64,000 nt of DNA, taken from Camelus ferus. Its lineage: Eukaryota. How positions within the stretch are numbered: position 1 is the first letter of the stretch; each line of letters opens with the position of its first letter. Location of the stretch: the NCBI RefSeq assembly GCF_009834535.1, contig NC_045698.1, forward strand, positions 9,736,001-9,800,000, given 5' to 3'. The position numbers and the translations under genes are program-made. This document shows positions 38,741-51,200 of the stretch, one piece after another. The notes under the pieces are model-generated. The model did no database searches, was not told the DNA's origin, and worked only from the letters and a program-made list of their open reading frames with translations.

Positions 38741-40499
38741 TTGGAATATAATTATTGTCCAAATGGTACTAAAATTTTATGGAAAAAGAACTTGGTCTGA
38801 GTTGCTCTTTTCTTAACTTACCACATAGCTTCAAAAATATGTCTGAACAATGAGTTGCTGAGCCTATGAATTCATATTGCCTTTTTCTTGCATCAGAAAA
38901 ATATGTGAATTTTTTCCTTTAAGGGTGATTAATTCACATCACAGTTTTCCATACCTTGGGGAATGGGAGTAAGTCAAACTTACAACCGTGATTTCTGCCG
39001 TAAGATCATTTCCCCATCTTTCAATACGAATCTTCTCATCCAGTGGGAAAGAATTCCAAACTGCCTGGCTGCAGGCTCACCCCATAATACATCAAAACCT
39101 CAGATAAACTCCAGCAGGGAGCTATTCCAGAAGGGACCTGCCATTCGCATCATTTCAAATCTCTTCAAAAACAGTGTATTTATTCTGTTCAAGGCGAACC
39201 CTTTTGTGTAAGAGATAAACACACTTTAATAAAAAGATTCTGTAAATCTCAGATCTGAGGAAATCTGTAGACATAAACATATATGTGAATGAAGAGAAGA
39301 GTGAGATGAGCTAACAGAAAAGTCTTCCTTTGATTGTAGAGAATGTCGTCATCGGGGATTTTCTATTTTTAATGGCATGTACCTGCACAGCTGCCCTCTC
39401 ACTCTACAACATTCTTCTAGAATCAGAAAGACCAACATTAATGTCATTCTTTTCTTGGAATAGAAAGTCATTTTTCCTGGAGTTAAGCAACCTGTGATTT
39501 AGATTTAGCAAAGCAAAAGCCCTGCTGAGAAAAGAGCAGTGGCAGCTCCCTGACCCCAGTCAACTTGAAGGTCAAGGAGTAAGTGAGAGAGAACATGTTT
39601 GTCTCCAAGCTGAATTTCAGGGTGAGCTGATAAGGACTGGCAGAGACGAACATGGGGGCTGCAGCACTGAATCCTGGGCACCTAGAGGAGGGAACATGAG
39701 TGCTGCAGCCAGGATGGCTGCATCATCTACTGACTGACGTGACCTTGGCCCCTGGCCAAGTTACCTATTTTGCACCTTGGTTTTCTCACATGTAAAAGGA
39801 AGATAACCCTTCGCACCTCACAAGATTGTTCTGGGGCACAAATGAGACACTGTGGGTAAAACATCTATAAGTTAATTTTGCAAGCACAGGTTTTTTTCTC
39901 CCCTGTCATCCCCACCTTATAAACTAGGTCTAAAAACAGAGTCTTGATGAGTAACGATTGATCATTCTTTATGAACAATTGTTCCAAGAAGAGTACTTTT
40001 ATTGTCAATAAACACATAATGTGGAGACTCTGTGACCATAATTTAGAATGAAAGGAGATTTGAGCTGAAAGCAATGTTTGATGATCAGATGAAGGAGAGT
40101 AAAGGGACGACTCAATGTCACCTAGAAGCATCACACCTGATAGCATTTGCTGAGAAATTATTCATTTAAATCAGCAGACATGAAGTTATTAGGAGACAGA
40201 AAATGCCGCAAAGCCCTCATAACCCTTTCATAGACTGTAAACAGGTCTCCACCCCAGTGCAATGCAGTGTCTGCTTGTCAGGTTTTTCATCTGTGCAAAT
40301 GAATAGGAGGCAGATGGCAGGGGTGATACTTGTGTTCTGCTTCTAATTGGCTTTTTTTTTTTTAACTTTCTGCAAAATAATTTTATTTCATTAGCCAACA
40401 CTCAGGCCATTGACTGACTGATCCTTTTAGCAAGTCTACAAAATTATCTAGGACAATATTATTTAGAAATGCTGTTCTTAGGGAGCTCAGTTAATCATT

Positions 40500-41637
40500 C
40501 TTAAAGATAATTGATCAAGATAAGATAGTTACAATGTATTATGGGGCTTATAACACATTTAAAAGTAAAATGTATACCAATTATGGCAGGAAGGATGAAT
40601 GAGAGGGATTGTAATGTTCTCACACATGAAGTGATACAATTTGAAAGTAGACTGTGACAAGCAAGGGTGTATATCTTAAACCCTCGTAAAAGAAAAATTG
40701 CGCTGGACAATTGTTAAAGACAGCAAGGAAGACTTTACTGAAGACTATTGCAATAGAGGGAAGGAGACTGAACACAACTCTGCTGAAACAAAAGGCAGGA
40801 GGATTTTTGCATGCCGGGTGAGCTGATGGAAAAGTGGAGAAGGATTTAGGGAGAGATTTTATTGGTGTGATGAGGCAGTCTGTGTCGGCAAATCGTTTCT
40901 TATTGAAGTTAGGCTCCTACCCGCCCACAGAGACTGGGAGGCACGGCCCCATCTTTCTTGATGATTACATTTCGAAGGAATGGCTCGCAGATCCTTGAGA
41001 AAGATTTACATCTCAAAGGCTCAGAGAAGGGAATCACACGTTTTCTAAAGTAAATGTTCTCAGAGAAGGGAATGCGGGGCCCAGTAGTCAGGAGTAAGCC
41101 TGGCTACAGCTGGTCCAGTTGAGGGGTCAGTAAAGCCATCTCAGTCCCCCTAGGACAGCCATCAAACAGAAAGGACAGTGAATGAGGTGTAAGTCATAAG
41201 TCAATAGTGGAGATTAAGTGGAGTCATAAACAATACTTAAAAAACGAAGCAGAAAAAGAGAAAAAAAAAAAAAAAGAAAGAAAGAAAGAAAGAACCAGGA
41301 AGAGATGGGACAAATGGAAAACAACGAGTAAGAAGGCAGATTTAAATCAAATCATATCAATAATTACATGAAGTATCAATGGTCTGTACACTTTAAAACA
41401 CACATATCACCTGTCTTTATTAAAAGGAACAGAATTCTACAAGAAGTCCAGTTTGATTATAAAGGCACAGATGGTTTAAAAGAAAATTAAAGGATAGGAA
41501 AACATAATCAAAAGAAATCTGGAGTAGCTTTTTAAGATCAAACAAAGAAACACCAGGAGAAGGAATATTACCAAGGATAAAGAGAAGTATTACATATAAT
41601 AAAAGAGTCAGTTCACCATGAAAACAAGACGATCCTC

Positions 41638-41640
<3 letters not shown>
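40500..41640 (+). mobile_element. Old L1M inter-ORF region and ORF2 5' end, interrupted by an LTR
   Basis: tttgaaagtagactgtgacaag...aaaccct|aggacagcc; catatcaataattacatgaagtatcaatggtct is a decayed ISIITLNVNGLN endonuclease start. Confidence 0.72.
40685..41147 (-). mobile_element. ERV1 LTR (MER67-like) nested in L1
   Basis: Minus strand ...ttctctgagaacatttactttagaaaac...ctttgagatgtaaatct...; 4-bp TSD CCCT (40681-40684 / 41148-41151); terminal dinucleotides mutated. Confidence 0.72.
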
Positions 41641-41668
<28 letters not shown>

Positions 41669-41929
41669 ATATATATGTCTTCAGAATCCACAAGGAAGTA
41701 TCATATGGTGTCTTGTCAGCAGCCCTGGTGGGACCTGGGAGCTTACTAGGACAGCCGAGCCTCAGGCCCCATGCCTGCCCTACTGATTATAATTTGCATT
41801 TACAACAAGATCCCCAGGTGATCCGACTGAACAGCAAAATCTAGTGATCCTAATGTAGTGCATGATGCCTCACTTCTAATAAGGAACTCCAGTGACATGT
41901 TTTCATAACACTTCTCCCAACCAGGGGAA

Positions 41930-42075
41930 AAAAAAAAAAAAGAGGTTAATCACGTGAGGTGATGACATGTGAATGAACTTGACGGTGGTGATTGTGTCAC
42001 AATGTACATGTAAACCAAATCATCAAGTTTTATACCTTAAATATAGACAATCTTAAAATATCAATTAACTTAAAG
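41930..42075 (+). mobile_element. L1MA/MB-type 3' end fragment
   Basis: gtgaggtgatgacatgtgaatgaacttgacggtggtgattgtgtcacaatgtac...aaatcatcaagttttataccttaaatata. Confidence 0.7.
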
Positions 42076-42444
42076 GTAGGCGAAATAATTAAAATATATA
42101 TTCCATCCCAAAGTCTGCAATAAGATCCAATAATTCAATAAACCTATAAACACTCAGCCCAATAGTTATAATTATTTTAATTAAAAAAAATAATCTCTTA
42201 GCTTCATGGTTCATAGAGAATGCAAAATTTCAGCAATAATATAACAAAGATTTGAAAATTAGAGACTGAAAGAGTGTTCATGTGAGAAACATTCTAGTAT
42301 TACTTTTTTAAAAAGTAGTTTCTCCCCCATCTCAACTCTCTTTCATTAACATAACTGCTCGAAGACGTTTGAGCCACAAATATGCTTCCCAGTTACTTTG
42401 TTGGTGAGTGCTGTTCATAGTCTGCACTTGTTCAAGCTTCCATG

Positions 42445-42600
42445 TGGTGGTTCTCGACCCAAGCTGCTTTAACAGGAGGTCCTGGTCCCGCTCCCAGACG
42501 TTCTGGTTTTATTAGGCTATGGCGGGGGACCTGAGCACCAATATTTTTTAAAAGCTTCCCAAATGATCTTAACGTACAGCCAGGGATAAAAGCCATTATT
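42445..42600. mobile_element. MER5-like hAT DNA transposon remnant
   Basis: gtggttctcgaccc...ttctggttttattaggct...tttttaaaagcttcccaaatgatcttaacgtacagccaggg. Confidence 0.65.
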
Positions 42601-43921
42601 TTAACAAATTAAAATGTAATTAAATAAAAGCAGTTCCTTTGATTTTGTAACCCCCACACCTGCTGCTCACTGTACTTCTCCCTTCTGTCATCTCACGTAG
42701 AGGTCACTGGCTTGTGAATGAAATAATCTGCCTCACTCATCTGAACAAGCACAAAGGGAAAGCAAGCTCATTTGACAGCTTATGGTGTCAATGACATCAG
42801 CATCAGATGGCATATTAGTGCCCATACTGAGGATATTTATGACACACAACGCAGGGAGAAATTGTAGTGGCTGGACATCTTTGCTTTGGAACTGACTTAC
42901 AGACACGCACAGGCTAACCCTCAAAAAATGAAAGGAACCCCGAGAAATCAGTTCTCTTTTAAATTGAAAACAAGGAGGGAATGGGCTTGATGGAGAAAAA
43001 GCTGGGCTGAGTGCCTTATGAGGAGGAGCAGAAGGACCACACATGCTGAGCATCAGGGTCACCTCTGAAAGAAAGGTCCTCACAGCAGGTGGTAGCAGCC
43101 TGCCTCTCCCCTCCTTACATGACCTGACGTGGAACCAGGTCGGGGAAGGAACTGACCTTTGCTGAGCCATCCTTTGTCCTGGGCACTTTCTAGTTGTTTG
43201 TCTCTGTTGTTTCTCACAAAAGCCTCACACGTGGAAGGTATTGTGTACCCATTTTGCAGATAAGAAAACATGTCCCAGAAACACTAATCAACTCTGCCAA
43301 ATTTACCCAGCTAGTAAGTGGTAGAACCAGAGATTGAACCTGTCTGTAGGCTCCAAATGTTCCTCTTTCTCTGATCGCCCTGCTATCTCCCAGGCATCTT
43401 ACTGGTCAAGAAAGGGTGTGGCCAGAAAGACAGCTGGTAGTAAAGAGAGTCTGGTAGTCTCAGAGAGGAGGGAGTCCCCCAGGCAGATCGCCAGAGCCTA
43501 GAGTTACTCACTCTCCCATTCCTATGGTGCCCCAGAAGATAACAGCCACCACAAAGTGGCTTGAGCTGGGCGGGTAGATGACAAAGGTGGGAAAACCAGA
43601 ACCTTCAGCAGAGCAAGCTTGGAAGTAGGGCTTGAGATGCGGTGTGTGTATGGCGGGGCATTAGCACCCTAGTTTAGAACTCTGATTTTTCCCACGAACA
43701 TTTTGCTGTAGGGAAGGCTCATTACCTGTGACTAGTGTCACGATTATATAGAAAGATGCTTGTGGTTAGCAGAGCCTTCGGTGAGCTGGTTAGCATCTAA
43801 AATAATGTGCCAAATAGAGTGAACAATCAGGCCAGGAGATTCAGGTTTACAACTACTGTCCTGAGGTGCCATTTGGTTTTGGCATTCCTGGACTTTTCAT
43901 TTTATAGCAAAATAGTATTAT

Positions 43922-44633
43922 TACACTGTTGATGGGAATGTAGTTTGGTGCAGCCATTATGGAAAACAGTATGGAGATTCCTCAAAAAGCTAAAAATAGA
44001 CTTACCCTATGATCCAGCAATCCCACTCCTGGGCATATAACCAGAAGGAACTCTAATTCAAAAAGATAACATGCACCCCAATGTTCACAGCAGTGCTATT
44101 TACAATAGCCAAGACATGGAAGCAACATAAATGTCCACTGACAGATGACTGGATAAAGAAGGTGTGGTATATTTATATAATAGAATACTACTCGGCCATA
44201 AAAAAGAATAAAATAATGCCATTTGCAGCAACATGGGTGGACCTGGAGATCATCATTCCAAGTGAAGTAAGCCAGAAAGAGAAAGAAAAATACTATATGA
44301 TATCACTCATATGTGAAATCTGAAAAAAAAAAAAAGACACAAATAACTTATTTACAAAACAGAAACAGACTCACAGACACAGAAAAGAAACTTATGGTTA
44401 CTAGAGGGGAAAGGGGATGGGAAGGGATAAACTGGGAGTTTGAGATTTGTAGATACTAGCTACTATGTATAAAATAGATAAATAACAAGTTTCTCCTGTA
44501 TAGCACAGGGAACTATATTCAATATGTAATAAAAAAGAATGTGAAAAGGGACATATGTATGACTGGGACATTATGCTGTACACCAGAAATTGACACAACA
44601 TTGTAAATTGATTATACTTCAATTTAAAAAAAA
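43922..44633 (+). mobile_element. 5'-truncated, relatively young LINE-1 (ORF2 C-terminus, 3' UTR, A tail)
   Basis: ORF 44081-44323 (MFTAVLFTIAKTWKQHKCP...YYSAIKKN...PFAATWVDLE) is L1 ORF2p C-terminus; artiodactyl-type 3' UTR; degenerate TSD aaaatagtattatta (43909-43923) / aaaatagtgctaata (44630-44644). Confidence 0.92.
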
Positions 44634-46113
44634 TAGTGCTAATAATAATTCTGTTGAAATAGACCAGGATGAATTTGAACCTACAGTTTCTGCCATGGTC
44701 TCATGTGTGAGACGCAAAGTGCCCCTTTTAACGTAGGCTTAAATTTGAAAAAGAATCCGTGATATCTACGGATCAACACCTTTGCCCCACACCAATATTA
44801 AGATGCTTCTGTGAAAATTCTGGCTGTGCTTCTTGGAGAGCTAAAGAATAGTTTTTGAAGTGAAGCATAGCAAGCAAGCAAGCATCTCTTTAAGTCTAGG
44901 ACTCTCTGTCTAAATGCAAGTTTTCCTCCAAGGGGTCTCATCTTAAGCATTTCAATCTGCTGAGAGCCAAGGATATGGCTGAAGGTGGCAATGAGGTAGA
45001 GGAAAGGGTCTGTATGTAAAGACACAACTAAGGGTTTCACAACATGGCGGAAGTTTGCCCCAGTCTATACAATCCAATAAACCACCTTGGGATTTATGTT
45101 AAAGCCCTACAGATCCTACAGAGCCACGGCTCACCATAAATGCTTTCCTGTCACAGGGACTGGGTGCTGTGGACTGATCCAGTAGAACCAAGAGGACGTG
45201 ATTTCAGCAAGGTTCAGACCCACGCTGCAGGCAGCAGTACGACAGTGCTCTGCCTGGTGTCATATTTCTTCTACAAGATGTACTTATGAATTAGGAAGAG
45301 GCTGGCATGAAATTATATTGCTAAGGTCTATTTGATTCCCAGATACTTCCTCATTCTCTTTTACCATTCACTTAAAGACCCATTCATATTATATTAAAAA
45401 AAGGGATTTAAATTTTCCTGAAATGAGCTATTTGATTTTCACTCACATAGAAGACATCGATTTTTAGAACATTACCTATTTGTTCAATGTATTGTACATA
45501 ATACATATCTGTATGAGTAACAGTATACTACATCTAAGTGCAACATGTCAGTGTTAGCTGGATTCAAAATAATTAAATGTGCGATGATTCCACACCTTTA
45601 ACAAAAGCTAAGGAAAGTTGCCTCACTATTCCACACTCAGCCCAAATTTGTCAGTAAATTCCCCAATCTTACATGGTGTCAGGAAGGGTCAAACAACATA
45701 TTCCGCTTTTTTTCATTGAAGACTATTGGTAGGCTTAGCGTGGGGGGAAACAGATTAGGAAAACAAGCAACAAATAAAAATAAATCAAAATAGGCTACAG
45801 CAAACAAGATATATTCATTAGCTATATTTTCCAGTTAAGGCTTAATTTTTTAATTTCTAATACAATCATAATTCTTGTTTTCCCAGGACATGATTCAGTT
45901 TACAGCAATCATCTTCTTTTTAAATCCCCTCATTTGTGTCACTTATAAATCTTTGTGATCAGTGGTGTAATGTATCAGGGGTTGTAAGATGTGAACAATG
46001 GCAATTTATGATGTTCCTAAGACACTGAAAACATTTTCACTATTTGCTAGAATAGGAAAATTTTCTCGGGTCCATGCAAACGATCACTGTTCAAATGGTA
46101 AGACACTGAAATG

Positions 46114-46264
46114 GGGAGGGGGGGGGAATAGCTCAGTGGTAGAGTGCGTGCTTAGCATGCATGAGGTCCTGGGTTTAATCCCCAGTACCTCCATTAAATA
46201 AATAAATAAAAATTAAAAATAAATCAGCAGTAAGCATGCTTGCCCTTAAAATAAAAACAAAAAC
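46114..46264 (+). mobile_element. tRNA-Ala(AGC)-derived SINE (camelid Vic-1-like)
   Basis: G-rich head, 72-nt tRNA-Ala-like body at 46122-46193 (A box TAGCTCAGTGG, anticodon AGC 46154-46156, decayed B box GGTTTAATCCC), A-rich tail. 14-bp TSD aagacactgaaatg (46100-46113) / aagacactaaaatg (46265-46278). Confidence 0.9.
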
Positions 46265-46387
46265 AAGACACTAAAATGTTTTATAAGCTTTTTCCCTACA
46301 GGCCTCCTGGGATTTGCTGTATCTGCATAAATTATCAATGGCGACATCACAGCGGACTGGGAGGAGCAAGGTGACACTTCGTGTAGA

Positions 46388-46572
46388 TTTTTTAAATTAT
46401 TTGTATATAATATTTAAAGGTTACACTCCATTTACGGTTATTTCAAACTATTGGCGCTATTCCCCCTGTTGTACAGGACATCCCTGTAGCCTCTCTTACA
46501 CCCAGTAGCTTGCCCCTCCCACTCCCCACCCCCGTCTCCCTCTCTCCGCACTGGTGACCACCAGTTTGTTCA
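46388..46572 (-). mobile_element. L1 3' fragment (artiodactyl-type)
   Basis: aaaggttacactccatttacggttatt...tattggcgctattccccctgttgtac...ctggtgaccaccagtttgttc. Confidence 0.7.
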
Positions 46573-46859
46573 ACAGAGTGCATGTTAAACCACGCCCAGC
46601 AGTAAAGAGGAGTGCCCAGCCTCAGCTGGAGCACAGGTTCTGCTTCATAATCCTTCACAAGCCTGCCCATTCCACCACTTTCCAGGTAGTCTCGCTGGTG
46701 TCCTCCCCCACATTCAATCTTTCTCCCTTCTCGAGTGTCCACGGACACTCTGTGTGGCCTTATTAAAATCGACTCCTGCACATAGTATGGGGGAAAACTT
46801 AATTGGCTTTCCAGGCAAGTGTGTTTGTGACTATCTTCGATGTGAATGCCATGCATATT

Positions 46860-47230
46860 AGCCGAAGCGGGGAAATAAATGAAGAAAGGTATTCACCGTG
46901 ACCACAAAACATGGCTAGAGCGGGGGCAAAGCATCTCGCGGCCCAGTGCGCCCCGGCTCCACCCGCAGGACACAGAGCGGGGAGCAGGGACGCGGGCCCA
47001 GTGAAAAACAGCACTTGGCATGCGCGTCACAAGGCAGGGCGAGCCTCCCAATCTTGGCCCTGCACCCACCCGACATAAACTCAAACTTGGAACCAATTAA
47101 GCCTGTCTATAAATCCAGAGCCTTGGGAAACGGAATGGAGTCCTAAATCAAAAAAGGGACAAAGGAGGCGCAGGAAAAATACTCACGAGGCAAACCTACC
47201 CAGCGGCTTCACGGTGTTACTAAGGGAGGA
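46860..47230. promoter_or_regulatory. Small CpG-rich, promoter/enhancer-like patch
   Basis: About 16 CpG in 46861-47072 by hand count, against a CpG-depleted background; CCAAT at 47048 and 47093, TATAAA at 47108-47113. Confidence 0.4.
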
Positions 47231-50052
47231 GCCGCCAGGACGTCCAGAAAACCTCAGATTAAAGCCTTTAAGGCATTGAAATTACATTATTAGATCGTAA
47301 TACTGTTGGCATTTCATAATGAAAACTTCGAAATCCAGGGGATAAGCTATTTTTTAAAGGCTCATTTGAGGACTTTGGGGGAGATCACTCATTCATCATC
47401 TTGATCTGCTAGAGTGATTGCTAATCATCGAATGCTCACAGGGTCTGAGGAAAAGAAATCCTGACTCTTTCTTATCCACCATCTCACCCAGCTCAGGGTA
47501 CCTCCTTCCATCCTTCAGTTTCCATTCTTCCCGCTTAGTCACTCTGTTTTCATTTCTTCTCATGCAAATAAAAGGAGAGCGTAGGATTCAACCTGTAATC
47601 ACTGTCTCTCTGACTGCTCGGTTTTACAGTTTTCCAAGCTGAGGAACTCAACCATTAAAGCCCCCCCGGGGTGCAGATGAGGCAAGCAATGCGTTCTGCT
47701 CTTGCGATGATAAGATTCGCTGTGTTCAAAGCGCCTCACTGAATGAGGTCCCCATTTAGGACAGATGAAACCTGTTTGTGGATTCACAGTGTCTTAGCCA
47801 AATCACAGAGCTGATTCTACAGCTGACCTTGAATTCTCCTCTATCCTTCACTGATGATATTTGTGGACACTTAATATATATACATGTTGGATTCAGCAGA
47901 CAGTAGTCAATTAACCAGAAGGTATAAACTTTAAAAATTGCTAGAACTCAACACTAGAAAAATCACAAGCTAAAACTCCCAGATCTTTTGTTTGGTTGTT
48001 TGCTTGTTTGTTTGGTTTCACCCTAATCTAGAAGACCATATTGTGAGTATAAGTTTATCATTTGTTTTCCATTAAGAGGCATTATTTTGACGTGCTGACG
48101 GGGAGCTACTCATCAACAGTAATCAGTTGCACAATATAATTTTTAAAAATCACTTCTAAAACTTGCCTTGTGCTGCAGCTTTGTCACCAAGGGGAAATCG
48201 TGTCTTTAAGAGGAAATGGCTCGTTCATATATTTAGTAATTTTTACAATTACTTAAAATTTTTGTGTTGTGAAAATTTTATAAACTACGTTATCAGGATG
48301 CATTAACATGTCAGTGTTTTAAAATGTCACATCTTTGAACAAAAATTTATCATTGATAAACACATTGCTGACACTGCGTTTTGTTTAAACTGGAGAATCC
48401 TGCAAGCTATGTAATTATAACATTTATGATTTGTCTCATCGTGCCTCTTAATGCTGAATAAATTATTTACAAGATTTTTCCATTGTTGATAGCATTTAAC
48501 ACAAAGAGGTACTTTTCGCTCCAGTGACTTAGAAACACACGATTTCCATCAGCCACTATTCTGTAGTGGGCAGCAGTCAGTACAAGGTTTGCAATATCGT
48601 TTAGAAAGCAGCCGTCCTCAAGTCCTGCACTCCAAGCTGGTTTCCGGTCCACTCCTCTGTCAGGCACCATGCATACCTCCTCCCTTCAGGCAGCAAGTAG
48701 TGAGTCCCCAGTGCTTGTGAGTCTGAGATCTCTCCCCTTCTCCTTTAGATCTAAATGTAGACATCACCTTCACAGAGCTGTCTTTCCTTATGGCCCAGTC
48801 AAATTAGGTCTCTGCAGGGGAAAGAGCATCCTTGGTAGAGATACGGCTCAGCAAGACCTGGGCACTGGCTCTGCTGCTCCCTCTGATGGGGGCGTGGCCT
48901 CGCTGACGCGGAGTTGGTTTGATGTTTGCCAACATCCCCCTAAAGCGAAGCTCAGAGAAGACTGTAGGAGGTTGCTGTGGAATGGTGATGTAAACCCCAA
49001 GCATAAAAGGACAGTTCTAATGTGTCAAAAGATGGTCTTTTGTGCCTCAATTTGGAAGGACTTTACTTGCAGCAGAGAGGGTCACCAGCCACTGTGAGCT
49101 GCACAGGGGAATCAGAGGACCAGGGAAAGCCAGGCAAAGAGGCACAGTGGCTGCCTCAGCTCAGGGTAGCTCCTCACGGCTGTTACGTTCTGCTGGCCTT
49201 AGTTAAAAATAAATGGGGACACGTAGTATGGCTTCTACCTGCTAATCTGTGATCCCCGAATAGCTGTCATCTCCCTGGTTCCTCTCACTCGTGGCATGCA
49301 GTGTGTTTCTTTATAGCACTTAACTCCCGATCTTTGTATCTTTTTCTGTGTATCACCCACGTGTGTCAGGTTATCCAACTATAAACTGAGATCATATAAA
49401 ATTATGTGCCTGAATAACTGCTTATTTTCTGTGTCTAGTCGTCTTCCTGTGATTCCATGAAATCAGGGGACTGTGACTTTTTTTTCCCCACCATCATTCC
49501 ATCAGCATACCAGAATGCCTGACCCACAGGAGGTGCAAAGTTTAAAATGAATCAGGATGGAGACAGAGGAAAGAGACTGCTCTATCATCCCTGCAGTGGC
49601 ATCAAGACCCTCACTGTAGTCTTCTCCATGTTCAAGGCAGCCAGCGACTCTCTCCATCACCCAGAAGATTCAACTGATTCATCCTCCCTCGGTCCCTGAT
49701 TCAGAAGAAAGCTGAGCACCCTTCAGCAGGGGGGGAGCTGGGGAGAGGGAGGTGGAGGCGAACTTGAAGGGGCCTCACTGGCTCCCCGATGCCTCAGTGA
49801 CCTTCCTTGCTGAATGAGTTCCTAAAAATTTCCAGCTGTTTTCATGGTATTCTTTTCCACTCTGGGTCTCCAAAACATACATAAATACTAACGGAGTGTA
49901 ACTATCACAAAATTACATGAATTATACAATTTGCAAGTTATTTGAGTGTAAAAAAAAAATCCAATTTTGAAAGCTTATTTCTGGATGCTCAATGACACTC
50001 AGCCCCATTGCACAGAAACAGCAATTACAATTCAGACATCCATGAACAACTT

Positions 50053-50058
50053 TTTATT
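50053..50058 (-). terminator. Candidate distal polyadenylation signal AATAAA of DNAH5
   Basis: Minus strand reads AATAAAAAGTTGTTCATGGATGTCTGAATTGTAATTGCTGTTTCTGTG: hexamer plus GU-rich downstream element, ~1.65 kb after the stop. Confidence 0.5.
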
Positions 50059-50479
50059 AATCTTCATTATTTTTACATTTTCATTATTTATTCTTCAAAA
50101 TAAAATGATTATTTTGACCGCAATTCACACAAATCAACTGATATATTAATTCAGACACAAAGCAGCTGCTCAAATGAAAACAGCATTATCCAAGATGGGT
50201 AGGTGTCCCATGGATCATCCAGACTTAATTCTCATCATAATTAGCATAAAATGAAACCTGCCAAAGAGCAAACCCTCCTGCAAGGTACCCACACCAGTCT
50301 CCTTGTAACCCTTCCTTCTTATAAAACCCTTTATCACCAGAAATACGAAGTTACGCGGAGCTGAAGTTAACCAAACACCTGGAAGCCACAATTCTAAGTC
50401 AATACTGACCAAGTTTCCTAGTCAAGGGGTTCTAGATGAAACAGTTTATAATTTATAACCAGAATTTAAAATACAAATA

Positions 50480-51200
50480 TATGAAAAGTTTCTTCAACAG
50501 TGTTTTCTTAATTAATCAAAGGCCACGTGAAGTTCCCACCCACCATCCTGATTTATTCTTCCCCTTTTTTCCTCCCAATCATTACATTTTTTCAAGTCAA
50601 TGGAAACTTTTACCATTTAATCATACCTGTTTTTATTTTCCCTTGTTATCTTCTCATCTTTGTCCACACCAAATACGTCTTACAGGCATCACCACAGCAC
50701 GTGCGCTAGTCTGTGAACGGCATCGTTCACTTAGCAGTATGTGCTCACCATTTCCACGTTATGAAATCTTCACTATCATTTTTCGTGGCTGCCTAATATT
50801 GTCTAACTTCCTTAATTACAGACTTATTTTTGAACTTACAGGGCATTTATATTTTTCCCATTATTAAATGCATTTTTATATATAATTGTGGTCAGTCTTT
50901 TAAATTGTCTTCTTGGTCTAGATTTCCAGGAGAGAAAATGAGGATCAAAGCATGTCAACATTTTTCTGGTTCATTCTGTGCTTGGTTATTGAATCATTTC
51001 ACAGAAAGGATGGGTCGGTTCACATTGCTCTAAGACCTCACTGCAATTCACTTTCAGATTTATTTTTATTACAAGAAATATCAGTTAGTATCTCATTATT
51101 CATTATCAGGGGGCTGAGCACTATTCTATTTGTTTATTCTATAAGATTATATGGTTGCCTATTCATCTATTCACATTTTTAACTCAACCTTCTATTTCCT
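50480..51200 (-). mobile_element. Very old L1 (L1ME-like) remnant inside the DNAH5 3' UTR
   Basis: tcatttttcgtggctgcctaatattgtc...gggcattt...tagatttccaggagagaaaatgaggatcaaagcatgt... resembles decayed antisense L1 ORF2/3' text on the plus strand. Confidence 0.45.

Noticed and set aside
46122..46193. Functional tRNA-Ala(AGC) gene
   Set aside because: The T-loop is mutated (GGTTTAATC instead of GGTTCGATC), CpGs have decayed, and it has an extra G-rich head, A-rich tail and TSD, so it is a SINE.
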